The translations under genes were made by a program, and so were the position numbers. A stretch of 64,000 nt of DNA from Promethearchaeota archaeon (lineage in GTDB: Archaea; Asgardarchaeota; Lokiarchaeia; Sigyniarchaeales; SOKP01). The notes beneath the pieces were generated by a model, which searched no databases, was not told the origin of the DNA, and worked only from the letters and a program-made list of their open reading frames with translations. Positions 29,338-40,180 of the stretch are shown here, in pieces (the stretch's first letter is position 1; each line of letters begins with the position of its first letter). The stretch is taken from the NCBI GenBank assembly GCA_029838195.1, contig JALGVJ010000003.1, positions 128,678 through 192,677 of the forward strand, given 5' to 3'.

Positions 29338-29476
29338 AAAATCAAGGTTTTTTTTAAAAAATTCTTTCAAAACCTCATTCTTTGAAGATTCTTCTCATCT
29401 ATATTTTCAAAGCTCAATCTTTTTTAAGGGTTAATAATAATTGTGACTAATTATTTTAATTTAGAGCGAAAAAATC

Positions 29477-30070
29477 ATGAATGAAGGAGACATCTCTCTT
29501 CCTCGAGAGAATTTTTGGAAAACACAAATTATGAACCATAAAATCGCATTCGTATTTGTACTCGTAGCCTGTCTGGTCTTTATAATTAATGCGGTAAGCG
29601 TGTTAATCTGGTACATGGAGACGTCTGCTATAGGAGGCTACGGCTCTTGGTCAATTAATCAATGGAGTTTAAAAGATGTAATAATTTTTATGATAATTCT
29701 AATCTCATGGGAATTATTGCTTGCAATTGCGCCTGCGGGAGTATTGTTTTTTATCGGAGGCTATCTTTTTTGGTGGAAACGTTTAACACCAGAAGAAAAG
29801 CAAGAATATAGGCAAAGAGAAGGAAAAAAAAATAAGAAAACATCGGGTAAGCACGGAGGAGGAAACATATTATCCTTTTTGTTGTTTATTGCTTTTTGTA
29901 TTTATATCTTTATCGATGGAAATTTCAGTACTCCTTTTGGAGAGCTCCCCTATAGTTATTTTATATACGCCTATTTATATACGATAATGTGGTTATTAAT
30001 TATTTTTGGAATCCCTATTGCTATTATCTTGACTATTGCTTATTTTAAAGCATGGCGTTATAATAAATGA
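29477..30070 (+). CDS. Membrane protein (about 4 TM), unknown function
   Basis: Hydrophobic segments with a basic loop. Confidence 0.7.
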   Translation: MNEGDISLPRENFWKTQIMNHKIAFVFVLVACLVFIINAVSVLIWYMETSAIGGYGSWSINQWSLKDVIIFMIILISWELLLAIAPAGVLFFIGGYLFWWKRLTPEEKQEYRQREGKKNKKTSGKHGGGNILSFLLFIAFCIYIFIDGNFSTPFGELPYSYFIYAYLYTIMWLLIIFGIPIAIILTIAYFKAWRYNK

Positions 30071-30164
30071 ATTGAATAATGTAGGGATTTCATTTTTTTT
30101 TAATTAATCATGATATCTTCGAGAGATGATGGAAAATGTCATGAAATTTTAAAGAATATAATAT

Positions 30165-30986
30165 TTAATACTTTTTAACTAAAATTAAGCCAATGTTTCT
30201 CATTTTTCTAAAAGGGGTACAATTTACATCCCATTTCATTATTTTTGAGAATATCTTAGCAATTACATCCCAAAAATGTTGAAATAATTTATTATTCGAA
30301 TATAGATCTCTTAATTTCAAGATAGATTCTTCCACTTTCTTTGAATGACTACTTTGAATTCGGGATATTGCCATTAACCTTCCATATACCCCAAATATTT
30401 TCAATATCTGAAATCCCATTTCGCTAAAAATTAAAATTAAATCTCTCGTTTCATATCTTCTATAATGTCCGATGATTTTATCTTGATTTGAATAAAATTT
30501 CATGCTATGAGGAACTGTAATTATTAAAATGCCCCCCAATTTCATGATCCCATGGATTTCCTTAATCGCAAGCACATCGTTTTCAACATGCTCTAAAATA
30601 TCTAAGGCAAATACAACATCAAAAACCTTCTTTCGATAAGGAACATGAGTTATTGCAGCACAAATGGGATGATAAAAGTTAAATACATTTTCTCGGGTGT
30701 TATTTAGATTAGATTTCCTAATATATTGCTTTAGTGGAATTAAAGCAATGTCTAAAAAAGATTTGTGATTAACTCCGTTTAAATTAAAGAGGATTGAATT
30801 TCCTGAACATCCCAAATCCAGTACATTTCGTGCTTTTATCCCTAAACTTATAAGGTTATGTTTTATAAGATCAAATTTACACCTAATTCCTGGCGAAATT
30901 TGATATTCTAATGAAGTCCTACATGAAAAATTCACGTGTTTCTCGTAAAAAAAACGTTTATTCTCCGGGAATTGCGACTTAATCAA
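30165..30986 (-). CDS. Class I SAM-dependent methyltransferase
   Basis: VLDLGCSG, FDVVFALDILEHV, GGILIITVP, GHYRRY. Confidence 0.85.
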   Translation of the reverse strand: MIKSQFPENKRFFYEKHVNFSCRTSLEYQISPGIRCKFDLIKHNLISLGIKARNVLDLGCSGNSILFNLNGVNHKSFLDIALIPLKQYIRKSNLNNTRENVFNFYHPICAAITHVPYRKKVFDVVFALDILEHVENDVLAIKEIHGIMKLGGILIITVPHSMKFYSNQDKIIGHYRRYETRDLILIFSEMGFQILKIFGVYGRLMAISRIQSSHSKKVEESILKLRDLYSNNKLFQHFWDVIAKIFSKIMKWDVNCTPFRKMRNIGLILVKKY

Positions 30987-31129
30987 AATCCTCCTTACTC
31001 TCCTCCTTAGCCCCGCATTTATAAATTAGTTTGCTTATTTTCTTTATCTAACTTATTATGCTCTCTTTTTATTATAGTATTTATTATATTTTTTAATATA
31101 TTAAAATTATTTTCAAGTGATAACTACCC

Positions 31130-32479
31130 ATGAAATATAATTATTTCGATGAAAAAAGAGAAAAAACCCCATGGAATGAACTTGAAAAAAATATTATCAA
31201 ACGCGGACAATGGACCTTGAAACGATTATGGGATAACATCCCCTTTTTAAAAAAAAGATATCAAGAAGCAAACGTAAGCCCCGATTCCCTGAAAACTATT
31301 GACGATTTCCAAAAAATCCCCTTCATGTCAAAACAAGATTTCTTGGATAGCTTCCCTGATAAATTAGTATGTGTTCCTAAAGAAGATCTCGTGCGAATGC
31401 ACGCAACGTCCGGCACCTCCGGACACAGACCCACATGTGGATTTTATAATCAAAATGATTTAGATAATTGGACTTATTTGTGTGCGAGAAATTTAGGAGC
31501 TATTGGTATGACTAAGAAAGATGTATTCCAAAATACGACTTCCGCTGGGTTATTCACGGGCGGATTCGGCTATGCTCAAGGATGTACTTTATTAGGAGCA
31601 ATGCTCATTCCTTTTGGACCCGGCATGACCTCAAGACAATTAGAATTCTTTAAAATTTTCAAGGTAACCTCATTTCATGCTATTCCATCATTTGGACTCC
31701 GATTAGCTGAGGTAATGGAAGAAGAAGGTATAAAAAAAGAAGATTTGTTTTTAGAACGAGCCATTTTAGGAGCTGAAGGTTGGGCTGAATCCACTCGAAA
31801 AACGATTGAGGAACGCTTGGGGATAAAAGCCTATGATAATTACGGCCTCACGGAAGCCTATGGACCTGGCGTGAGTTGTGAATGCCAAGAACAAAACGGA
31901 TTGCATTTATGGACGGATTATTTTTATCCCGAAATAATTGATCCGAAAACGGGAGAGGTCTTATCGGAAGGAGAAACTGGGGAATTAGTATTAACCAGCC
32001 TGTATAAAGAAGCCATGCCCATATTCCGTTATAGAACCGGAGATATCACGGCTTTAAGAAAAAGTGAATGCCCTTGTGGAAGAACTGGGTACATGATTGA
32101 TAGAATTAAGGGACGGAAAGACGACATGCACGTTATAAAGGGTGTGAACGTCTACCCCTCCATGATCGAAGAAGAAATCTTTAATCTCTCATCTTACTTT
32201 ACGGACACGTATCTAATCATTTATCATACGGTAGGAGTAATGGATCAAGTTACGGTGAATGTTGAGGTTAAAACAGGAATTAATGCGGAAAAAGCAAAAA
32301 GAGAATTAGAGAAAAAACTCTTGGAGGCAACTTTTTTAAGGATTGATGTCCACACTTTCCCTCCAGGTGCATTACCTCGTCAGCCAGGTAAGGCCATTAG
32401 ATATATTGACATTAGGGACCGACCAGAGGGATATAAAGGATGGCTAAAAATGATGCAAGAGGGACAAGGTTCTCAATAA
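31130..32479 (+). CDS. paaK: Phenylacetate-CoA ligase family protein
   Basis: HATSGTSG, GLFTGG, GAEGW, YGLTE, YRTGD, GRKDD..IKGVNVYPS. Confidence 0.88.
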   Translation: MKYNYFDEKREKTPWNELEKNIIKRGQWTLKRLWDNIPFLKKRYQEANVSPDSLKTIDDFQKIPFMSKQDFLDSFPDKLVCVPKEDLVRMHATSGTSGHRPTCGFYNQNDLDNWTYLCARNLGAIGMTKKDVFQNTTSAGLFTGGFGYAQGCTLLGAMLIPFGPGMTSRQLEFFKIFKVTSFHAIPSFGLRLAEVMEEEGIKKEDLFLERAILGAEGWAESTRKTIEERLGIKAYDNYGLTEAYGPGVSCECQEQNGLHLWTDYFYPEIIDPKTGEVLSEGETGELVLTSLYKEAMPIFRYRTGDITALRKSECPCGRTGYMIDRIKGRKDDMHVIKGVNVYPSMIEEEIFNLSSYFTDTYLIIYHTVGVMDQVTVNVEVKTGINAEKAKRELEKKLLEATFLRIDVHTFPPGALPRQPGKAIRYIDIRDRPEGYKGWLKMMQEGQGSQ

Positions 32480-32515
32480 TTTAAAATTTTATTTTTTTAC
32501 AAATATTTAAAAATA

Positions 32516-32707
32516 TTATAAATTTTTTTCTTTCCATTCTTTCATGAATTTTTTAAACTCGGATTCGGGCATGCCAAGAGAGTTTAACTTTTCCAGAGCT
32601 GGCGAGCATGAATTCTCACTATCAAATTTTTTATCCTGTTTTTTTAATGTTTTTTTTCTAAAATTCAACTCCCAATCAAAGTAAGAATTCGAACTCGATT
32701 TTGACAT
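32516..32707 (-). CDS. Small hypothetical protein
   Basis: 63-aa ORF with ATG, convergent with paaK. Confidence 0.45.
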   Translation of the reverse strand: MSKSSSNSYFDWELNFRKKTLKKQDKKFDSENSCSPALEKLNSLGMPESEFKKFMKEWKEKNL

Positions 32708-33158
32708 GGGATTAATACGTATTTAGTCGCTAATAAATATTAAGGGAGTAATAATTTTCTAATACATGAATCTTAGGTAATAAGATAAAATTCCCTTAAA
32801 GACATTCGACATGAGAGGAGATCTTAATATAATTAAATTCATGTAGTATAAAAAACAAAGAAACAATCATGAGAAATTTTAGAATGATTTTGAATTTTAG
32901 ATTTAACTCTAATATTTTCATAAAAATCGTTGAGAAATTTTTAAAAAGTGCTATTTATTTAAATAAAGAGGAATTAATTTTAAGGCATTCTATTAAAAAT
33001 TATCTGATTGGGCTGGAAGTTTCGATCCCTCTTTCACGAATTTAGGAAAAGAATTATCTTTTTTCTAATAATTCTCCTGTCCAATTTCCCTTTTCTATCA
33101 AATTTTTAACGTGCCCTTAATTTTCCTTATCAAACAACATGTTAGGGATTTGTATAAA

Positions 33159-34304
33159 ATGAATAGTATAGAACGTGTTTTAGCAGCGTTAAATTTAGAA
33201 ATTCCGGATAGAGTTCCACTACACACGGTTGCCGTAGATGGAAATTTAGTAGATGAGGTGATTGGAAAAAATCCTAAAACGGCGTTTGATTTAATTACTG
33301 ATTTAAGAACCCAATATCCTGAAGATTGGATTGACCGAATTAATCAAATAATGGGAGACCTCCAAATTACAATTTTCTCACGAATGATGGAAGCAGCCCA
33401 TGAATTAGGATATGATACGTGCCCGGCAGGTTACATTCCCATCAAGTTTGAAAGTGAAAAAGAAATGTCAGATATATTTGGACGCCGCTATAAAATCGTG
33501 AATAATAATGGGAATATTTTTCCAGATTATTATATGGGTACGATTAGAAATCGGGAGGATTGGGAAAAGGCACCAAAACCAGATGTTAAAGAAATCTGTC
33601 GAACGGCAAAAAAATTCTTTAGAGCCGTGGTGCGAAGAAATAAAAATAAAATTTTAGTCATGGCAGCCGATGATTTCACGTCCGTTTTTCCTCCTGTCTG
33701 GCAAGGCATGGGAATGGCTAATTTTGCTAAAGCCTTAAAGAAAGATCCGAAATTAATTGAAGAACGATTTGAAATGACTACGGAAATCGTGATAGGATTA
33801 TATCAAACGTATAATAAAGTAGGAGCAAAAATATTTTTTGAAGGGGCTGATATGGCTTTTAAAAACGGGCCTTTAATCAATCCAAAATACATTTATCAAT
33901 ATGTTCTCCCGGCAATGAAGAATGTAACAGAGGCCGTGCATGAAATGGGTGGAAAAATTATTTTCCACTCTGACGGCGATATCACCTCTCTACTAGATTT
34001 TATTGTAGAAGCGGGGTTCGATGCCATTCACTGCTTAGAACCCCCTTACGTTGATTTGAAGCTCGTTAAAAAGAAAGTAGGAGATAAATTATGCTTGTTA
34101 GGGAATATAGACACCTCTCATGTTCTCGTCCGTGGAACAAGAAAAGAAGTGGAGGATGCCGTAAAGCGTGCCATTAAAATTCTCGGTCCAGGAGGCGGAT
34201 TCATTCTTTCCCCTTCTAATTCTCATCCCGCCATGTCTTTAGAGCGCATCAAATGGATGATTGAAGATACGAAAAAATATGGCGAATATCCCCTCAATTT
34301 ATAA
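33159..34304 (+). CDS. Uroporphyrinogen decarboxylase / MtaA-CmuA-like family protein
   Basis: MNSIERV..AL...PDRVP start (ATG 33159 rather than GTG 33111), HSDG, GNID, GGGFILSPSN. Confidence 0.88.
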   Translation: MNSIERVLAALNLEIPDRVPLHTVAVDGNLVDEVIGKNPKTAFDLITDLRTQYPEDWIDRINQIMGDLQITIFSRMMEAAHELGYDTCPAGYIPIKFESEKEMSDIFGRRYKIVNNNGNIFPDYYMGTIRNREDWEKAPKPDVKEICRTAKKFFRAVVRRNKNKILVMAADDFTSVFPPVWQGMGMANFAKALKKDPKLIEERFEMTTEIVIGLYQTYNKVGAKIFFEGADMAFKNGPLINPKYIYQYVLPAMKNVTEAVHEMGGKIIFHSDGDITSLLDFIVEAGFDAIHCLEPPYVDLKLVKKKVGDKLCLLGNIDTSHVLVRGTRKEVEDAVKRAIKILGPGGGFILSPSNSHPAMSLERIKWMIEDTKKYGEYPLNL

Positions 34305-34544
34305 TCTTCTTTTCTATTTTAAGAGAAGTGGTCAAACTCCTAAATAATATGAAATCAATTAAAATTATAAAAAATTAGAAAAGTATCCATGAGACTTTAA
34401 AAAAATGAACGTTATTCGGATTAAATACTAATAATTATGATCTTAACTTTTATTACTTTCGTAGCGAACAAATATTAAGCATGAACTAAAAAAAAATCAA
34501 TGAAGTCAACATTAAATTCCTAATTAAATAGGTGAAATTCTCAA

Positions 34545-35366
34545 ATGTCACTTTTCTTCACTTCTAAATTTAAATTAAATAATGAAGTCGAAATACCCGT
34601 TTTAGGTTTGGGAACGTGGAATTTATTTGGAGAGGATGCATATAATGCGGTAAAATGGGCTTTAGAGGCAGGATATAGGCTCATTGATACGGCTACCATT
34701 TATGCTAATGAACGTTCTATCGGAGAAGCACTTCAGGATTCAAATATTCCCCGCGAAGAACTTTTCATCACCAGTAAAGTTTGGGAAACCGATTTTGGAT
34801 TTGATTCCACTCTGAAGGCATTCGAAAAAAGCTTGAAAAAGCTGAAAACGGATTATTTAGATCTCTATTTAATTCATTGGCCTCAAAAAAAACGCTTGGA
34901 AACTTGGAAAGCATTAGAAAAACTTCTGAATGAGGGCAAGGTACGTGCTATTGGGGTAAGTAATTTTACCATCCGACACTTAAAAGAATTATTAGAAATA
35001 GCTACAATCGTTCCAGCCATCAATCAAGTAGAATTCTCTCCCTTTCTTTATCAAAAAGAATTATTGGAATTTTGTGCTTCACATGAAATTCGACTGGAAG
35101 CCTATAGCCCCCTCACGCGAGGTAAAAAACTCGATCACCCGGTTCTCCAAGAAATAAGTTCTAAATATCAAAAAAGCCCCGCACAAATCTTAATTCGATG
35201 GGGATTACAACACGGTATTGTGGAAATTCCTAAATCCAGCAGTAAAAAACATCTTATCGAAAATACTCAAGTATTCGATTTTAAACTCAATCCAGAAGAC
35301 ATGAATCGGTTAAATTCGCTGAATGAAGATTTTCGCATTACCTATGATCCTGAAACAATAAAATAA
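34545..35366 (+). CDS. Aldo/keto reductase
   Basis: GLGTW, IDTATIY, SKVW, DLYLIHWP, GVSNF, IPKS; AGGTGA SD. Confidence 0.95.
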   Translation: MSLFFTSKFKLNNEVEIPVLGLGTWNLFGEDAYNAVKWALEAGYRLIDTATIYANERSIGEALQDSNIPREELFITSKVWETDFGFDSTLKAFEKSLKKLKTDYLDLYLIHWPQKKRLETWKALEKLLNEGKVRAIGVSNFTIRHLKELLEIATIVPAINQVEFSPFLYQKELLEFCASHEIRLEAYSPLTRGKKLDHPVLQEISSKYQKSPAQILIRWGLQHGIVEIPKSSSKKHLIENTQVFDFKLNPEDMNRLNSLNEDFRITYDPETIK

Positions 35367-35537
35367 ATTAATCTCGATGTTTTTTTCCTTTCTTCTCATC
35401 TAATTTGTTTCCTTTCTATTAAATTGCGCTTTAATTCGGAGTATTATCTTTCTAAAAATAAAATGAAACGATACTTGAGAATAAGAGTAGAAAAAAGTAA
35501 TAAAATTAAAAAAAAAAATTAAAGAATTTCGGAAAAG

Positions 35538-37169
35538 TTAAGCTTCTTTTTTAGCAGATTTAAAAACATTAAAGATTTCGGTTAAGAACTCCTCCGAAGG
35601 CTTCGAATTGGGCGTTAAAAGCGAAATGATCGGAAAGGCTATTAAAGCAATTATTTGTGAAACAATAAATTCATGAATGGAACCGATTGTGATTGTCATT
35701 AAATCCGTGGTTAGAATTACTGTAGAAGCTAATGGTACCATGTACGTTGCGTAGGCATCGGAAGCACCTACCATTGCCCAGAGAGACGCACCTCTAAAAA
35801 ATACTTTCCATAAAATCGCTACGATAAATGCAACTGCGCCACTATAAAGCGCTCCCTTGCTCGTGCCCCCTTTCCAGAACAATCCAAAAACATAGGGGAT
35901 CAAGATAACCGCTGCCATCACGGACCATGCGAACATGCAGAGGGCAAGTACGGCATCGGGTTTAAAAATTGCAAGAATCACCGCTATTACCACCACCGTT
36001 GTTGTCGTAATTTTTGTCACTTTTAGGGCGGTATCATCCGAGCAGCCCGTTTTAGCTTGATACACATCGATAGAAAAACTGCTGGCAGCCATTATGATAA
36101 CTTTCTCTCCCGTCGTTAAAGATGCCGCTGTAACCGCAGCCAGGAATAAACCTGCGAGAATGGGATGCAAGACAGCTTTCATCAACATGGGAACCGAATT
36201 ATCGGGATTTACTGTTCCATCTGCAATCATGGAAGGATCGTGCATGGTATAATACACGCGTGAAATTGCTCCATTGAACCACGCAAAAATAGCCACTGCG
36301 AATGCCCAAAAGCATGAAACGAATAAACCCCAGCGAATAGACTTTTGTTTTTCGGCAGTATAAAAGCGGGAGATCATTTGAGGCATTCCCCACACGCCGA
36401 AGCTCGTGACGAGGATATATCCGATTAACCCCATACCTCCTGCGCCAGGAAAAGTTCGCAAGGCCCCTTCCTTCATTCCTTGCGATTGTTCAATAATTGC
36501 CAAGCCATTTAATAACCCACTAATGCCACCTACAGCGATGATTCCTGCAATGAATATTAAAATCACTCCGATAAACATTATGAGGCTTTCCGCTGCATCG
36601 GTGAATATAGCCCCGTGGCTACCCCCGACGTTAAGGTAAAAGATGGTAATGATTCCACAGAGAATAACTGCCACGAGATAAGCGAATTCTTCGCCCGGCA
36701 TTAATACCGACATTAGTATACTGAGGCCCATGTAAATGGAAACTAAATAGACCGTCTCAAAAACCAAGATAATAATTGACGTGAAAGTTTGAACCTTTGA
36801 ATCATTATATCTTTTTGCTAAGAATTGGGGAACGGTCATGGAGTTGAAATGTTTTCCAAGAACTCGAGTCCTGCTTCCAAATAAAACAAAGACTAAAAAG
36901 ACACCTACAAGCACGTCTATGGAGGCAATCCATAATACACCAAGGCCCCAGAGCCATGATTGGACACCTCCTCCCACGATCATTACTGCAGAAAAGTAAG
37001 TCACGCCAAATGAAAGTCCTAATAAAAGGGGGCCGATTTTTCTTGATGCGACCATAAAATCCTCGAGCGTTTTCGTTTTCTTTTTAGCATAATACCCCGC
37101 TAAGGCTAAAAAGGTCAAATAAAGGACAAATACGATCCAATATACGATTTCTAATCCTGTTTCCGCCAT
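35538..37169 (-). CDS. Sodium:solute symporter (SSS) family protein
   Basis: DFMVASR, TYFSA, LAKRY, GMPQMISRFY, AASLTT; about 13 TM. Confidence 0.92.
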   Translation of the reverse strand: MAETGLEIVYWIVFVLYLTFLALAGYYAKKKTKTLEDFMVASRKIGPLLLGLSFGVTYFSAVMIVGGGVQSWLWGLGVLWIASIDVLVGVFLVFVLFGSRTRVLGKHFNSMTVPQFLAKRYNDSKVQTFTSIIILVFETVYLVSIYMGLSILMSVLMPGEEFAYLVAVILCGIITIFYLNVGGSHGAIFTDAAESLIMFIGVILIFIAGIIAVGGISGLLNGLAIIEQSQGMKEGALRTFPGAGGMGLIGYILVTSFGVWGMPQMISRFYTAEKQKSIRWGLFVSCFWAFAVAIFAWFNGAISRVYYTMHDPSMIADGTVNPDNSVPMLMKAVLHPILAGLFLAAVTAASLTTGEKVIIMAASSFSIDVYQAKTGCSDDTALKVTKITTTTVVVIAVILAIFKPDAVLALCMFAWSVMAAVILIPYVFGLFWKGGTSKGALYSGAVAFIVAILWKVFFRGASLWAMVGASDAYATYMVPLASTVILTTDLMTITIGSIHEFIVSQIIALIAFPIISLLTPNSKPSEEFLTEIFNVFKSAKKEA

Positions 37170-37170
37170 T

Positions 37171-37272
37171 TTATTGTTCTCCTCGCTTTATTTGATAATA
37201 GCTATATAAAAAAGCTAGGACAACGGTAATTATTCCTACCCAGATGCCCAAACTTATTGTCCAATCTAACAT
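37171..37272 (-). CDS. Small single-TM symporter accessory protein (33 aa), missed by ORF track
   Basis: Hand translation MLDWTISLGIWVGIITVVLAFLYSYYQIKRGEQ*; stop 1 nt before SSS ATG; its 3' end carries the GAGGAG SD of the SSS gene. Confidence 0.7.
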   Translation of the reverse strand: MLDWTISLGIWVGIITVVLAFLYSYYQIKRGEQ

Positions 37273-37327
37273 TTGTAAGATCACTTTTCTTTTTATATTT
37301 TTTACAATGCGTTTAACTTCAAAAAAA

Positions 37328-37345
37328 ATGGGAAACCTTTCCCAT
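37328..37345. promoter_or_regulatory. Palindromic operator-like site ATGGGAA-N4-TTCCCAT (copy 1)
   Basis: atgggaa-acct-ttcccat, upstream of the SSS operon. Confidence 0.6.
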
Positions 37346-37361
37346 CTTCAAAGTTAGTAGG

Positions 37362-37384
37362 TTAAAGCATATTGAATGCTTTAA
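37362..37384. promoter_or_regulatory. 9-bp perfect inverted repeat at the SSS promoter
   Basis: ttaaagcat-attga-atgctttaa. Confidence 0.4.
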
Positions 37385-37611
37385 AAACCTTTTTATTCTC
37401 AGACGGGATCTTGGCATGTACACCCCTTGAAAAGATGAAATGATGATACCTACAGGTTTAGTTATTTAAAACCAATGATGTGAAGGATCCCCAAATAAAG
37501 CGATAATCTTTTCCAAATGGCGGGAGATCGCAATTTACCATTCTCATCTCTCCAAAAAGAGTGGAAATAAAAAGATTTTTAAAGTTTTTAATATGAAAAA
37601 GGATAAAGCTC

Positions 37612-37629
37612 ATGGGAAATAATTCCCAC
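37612..37629. promoter_or_regulatory. Palindromic operator-like site ATGGGAA-N4-TTCCCAC (copy 2)
   Basis: atgggaa-ataa-ttcccac, downstream of TTTTTAATA box and upstream of paaK. Confidence 0.6.
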
Positions 37630-37667
37630 TAAAACAAATTATTATTCACTAGTGGAGTTGATAACAA

Positions 37668-38972
37668 GTGCCCTATTGGAATGAAAAAGCAGAAACCATG
37701 CCCCGAGAAGAATTAGAGAAGCTTCAAGGGCAAAAACTAAGAAAATTATGTAAATATGTATATGATAGAGTTGAATTTTATAAAAAAAAATTTGACGAGC
37801 TTGGAATAAAACCGGATGATATTAAGTCCGCAGAAGACATTACAAAATTACCCCTTACATTTAAGACAGATTTGAGAGATCATTACCCTTTTGGAATGAA
37901 TGCCGTTCCACTTGAAGAAATCGTGCGGATTCATGCATCCAGCGGAACGACCGGAAAGCCTACCGTCGTCTCTTACACCCGGAAGGACATAGAGGATTGG
38001 ACGGAGCTCATGGCACGCACGGTGTCTGCTCCCGGCATAACTCGTAAGGACATCATTCAAAATGCTTATGGATACGGATTGTTTACAGGAGGATTGGGAT
38101 TTCATTATGGAGCTGAGCGCGTGGGAGCTACCGTCATTCCCATTTCGGGGGGTAATACGGAACGACAATTGATGATCATGCAAGACTTTGGTTCTACAGT
38201 ACTCACGTGCACGCCTTCTTATGCTCTCTATATAGCTGAATATGCTAAGAAAAAAGGGATTGACGTTAGTAGCTTGTCACTAAAGAAAGCCATTTGCGGA
38301 GCAGAACCATGGTCGGATAATCTTAGAAAAACCATCGAAGAATCGTTAAATATTGATGCGTATGATATCTATGGGTTGAGTGAAATCTATGGCCCTGGTG
38401 TCTCCGTAGAATGTGAAGAGAAAAACGGCATGCATATTTGGGAAGATTTTTTCATTGTAGAAACCTTGGATAAAGAGACTTATGAACCCGTAGGAGAGGG
38501 AGAAGAGGGGGTTTTAGCATTTACCACATTAGAGAAAACGGGGATTCCCTTAATTCGGTACATTACCTACGATATATCTAAGATAACTAAAGAGAAATGT
38601 GCTTGTGGGAGGACTTGTTGCCGAATGGCAAAAGTTTCCGGAAGAGCAGATGACATGTTAATTGTACGGGGCATAAACGTGTTTCCTTCTCAAATAGAAT
38701 CCGCCTTAATGGAAATACCGGGTATGGCGGGCTATTATCAAATCATAATCGATCGTGATATCATTGATTCTCTTCTGGTTCAGGTGGAGTTAACGGAAAA
38801 GACATTTTCAGATAAAATGAGTGTTTTGGAAAAGTTTCAGAAGGAAATTGAGACGAAATTATATAATGTTTTACAAGTTAAAGCCAATGTGGAATTAGTG
38901 GGCCCTGGAACATTACCGCGTACCGAAGGAAAAGCAAAGCACGTCATTGACAAAAGAACTAAAAATATTTAA
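37668..38972 (+). CDS. paaK: Phenylacetate-CoA ligase
   Basis: [51 protein letters not shown]; GTG start with GGAG SD. Confidence 0.93.
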   Translation: MPYWNEKAETMPREELEKLQGQKLRKLCKYVYDRVEFYKKKFDELGIKPDDIKSAEDITKLPLTFKTDLRDHYPFGMNAVPLEEIVRIHASSGTTGKPTVVSYTRKDIEDWTELMARTVSAPGITRKDIIQNAYGYGLFTGGLGFHYGAERVGATVIPISGGNTERQLMIMQDFGSTVLTCTPSYALYIAEYAKKKGIDVSSLSLKKAICGAEPWSDNLRKTIEESLNIDAYDIYGLSEIYGPGVSVECEEKNGMHIWEDFFIVETLDKETYEPVGEGEEGVLAFTTLEKTGIPLIRYITYDISKITKEKCACGRTCCRMAKVSGRADDMLIVRGINVFPSQIESALMEIPGMAGYYQIIIDRDIIDSLLVQVELTEKTFSDKMSVLEKFQKEIETKLYNVLQVKANVELVGPGTLPRTEGKAKHVIDKRTKNI

Positions 38973-39021
38973 TTGATCTTAAATTTATAAGGGAGAATAA
39001 CATCTAAAGTGGTGGAAAATA

Positions 39022-39435
39022 ATGTTAAAACAAATTAGCGTCTTTCTAGATAATGCCCCAGGTGAATTAGCTAAATTTACCAAGATATTAATGGAGGAGG
39101 GAATAAATCTTCGCGCTATTACGGTAGCTGAAACAGCTGATTTTGGAATTCTTAGGATTTTAGTGGATAATGTAGAAGAGTGTATGAAGATCCTTAAAGA
39201 TGCGAACTACTTGGTTTCTTTGACGGATGTTATAGCTGTTGAAGTTCCTGATAGACCCGGAGGATTACATGAAATAACTAAGATTTTAGGAGATGCGCAT
39301 ATCAACATTGAATACGTCTACAGTACGCTCCTTAAAGAAGAAGCAATGATTATTTTAAGAGTGGATGATGTGGAAAAAGCCATGCGTATTTTAAAAGATG
39401 AAGGGGTCAAGTTAGTAGAAAAACAAGAGTTTTAA
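39022..39435 (+). CDS. ACT-domain protein (tandem ACT, Bt0572-like)
   Basis: QISVFLDNAPGEL, DRPGGL, INIEYVY. Confidence 0.9.
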   Translation: MLKQISVFLDNAPGELAKFTKILMEEGINLRAITVAETADFGILRILVDNVEECMKILKDANYLVSLTDVIAVEVPDRPGGLHEITKILGDAHINIEYVYSTLLKEEAMIILRVDDVEKAMRILKDEGVKLVEKQEF

Positions 39436-39575
39436 TAAAATCTCTCTTTTTTTTATTTGTTTATTATCATGGAGGATTTATGGTACATATTGAGTTCGAA
39501 TAATAGTTCTAATAAAAATTATCATTAAAAAAAAAAATTAATGTGAAGATTGTAAAAAAAAGGTGTTATAGAAGG

Positions 39576-39989
39576 ATGATACAACTTTCCGTGTTTTTAC
39601 CTAATCGACCAGGTGAGTTCTCGAAATTCCTTGATGTGTTCATTGAGAATGATATTGAGATTCTCGGAATAACGGTTGCTGAAAGTGATGAGTATGGATT
39701 ATTACTCTTATTGGTAGATAAACCTCAAGAGTGTATCAATGTTTTGGATGAAAGCGGGTATGGCGTTTCTGCCACGGAAGTAATTGCTGTTAAAATTGAT
39801 TCGGACAGTAATACTAAATCAATGAAGAAGATAGCGAAAGTCCTTGGTGATAATAACATCAACATTGAATATCTTTACTCGAGCTTGTACAAGGAGGTAT
39901 TATATTTAATTTTAAAAGTGAATGACATTGAAGGGGGCAAGAAGGTTTTGAAAGAAAGTGGTTTCGAGGTAGAAGAAGATAAAATTTAA
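39576..39989 (+). CDS. ACT-domain protein, paralog 2
   Basis: MIQLSVFLPNRPGE...INIEYLY; ATG 39576 after AGGTG SD. Confidence 0.88.
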   Translation: MIQLSVFLPNRPGEFSKFLDVFIENDIEILGITVAESDEYGLLLLLVDKPQECINVLDESGYGVSATEVIAVKIDSDSNTKSMKKIAKVLGDNNINIEYLYSSLYKEVLYLILKVNDIEGGKKVLKESGFEVEEDKI

Positions 39990-40180
39990 CTCTGAGAACG
40001 TTTCTGAATGACGCTTGTTATCAAGATAAAAAGGGCAAGGTGATAGCCAAGAATAAAATGAGGCGTAAGCGATATCTTTTAAGTGCACCTTTTAAATTAA
40101 AATCTAAGTTTAGCAGTATATTTTCTTGAATTTTAACATGAACATGAATGAATAAAAACTGGAAAGAGGTGACTCGTCCC

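Noticed and set aside
33010-33040. tRNA T-loop-like TTCGATCCC
   Set aside because: No cloverleaf or acceptor stem can be built around it
37395-37430. TPP-riboswitch-like words (minus strand AGGGGTG...CTGAGA) upstream of the SSS gene
   Set aside because: The required downstream ACCC, ACCTGAT and GGGA elements are absent
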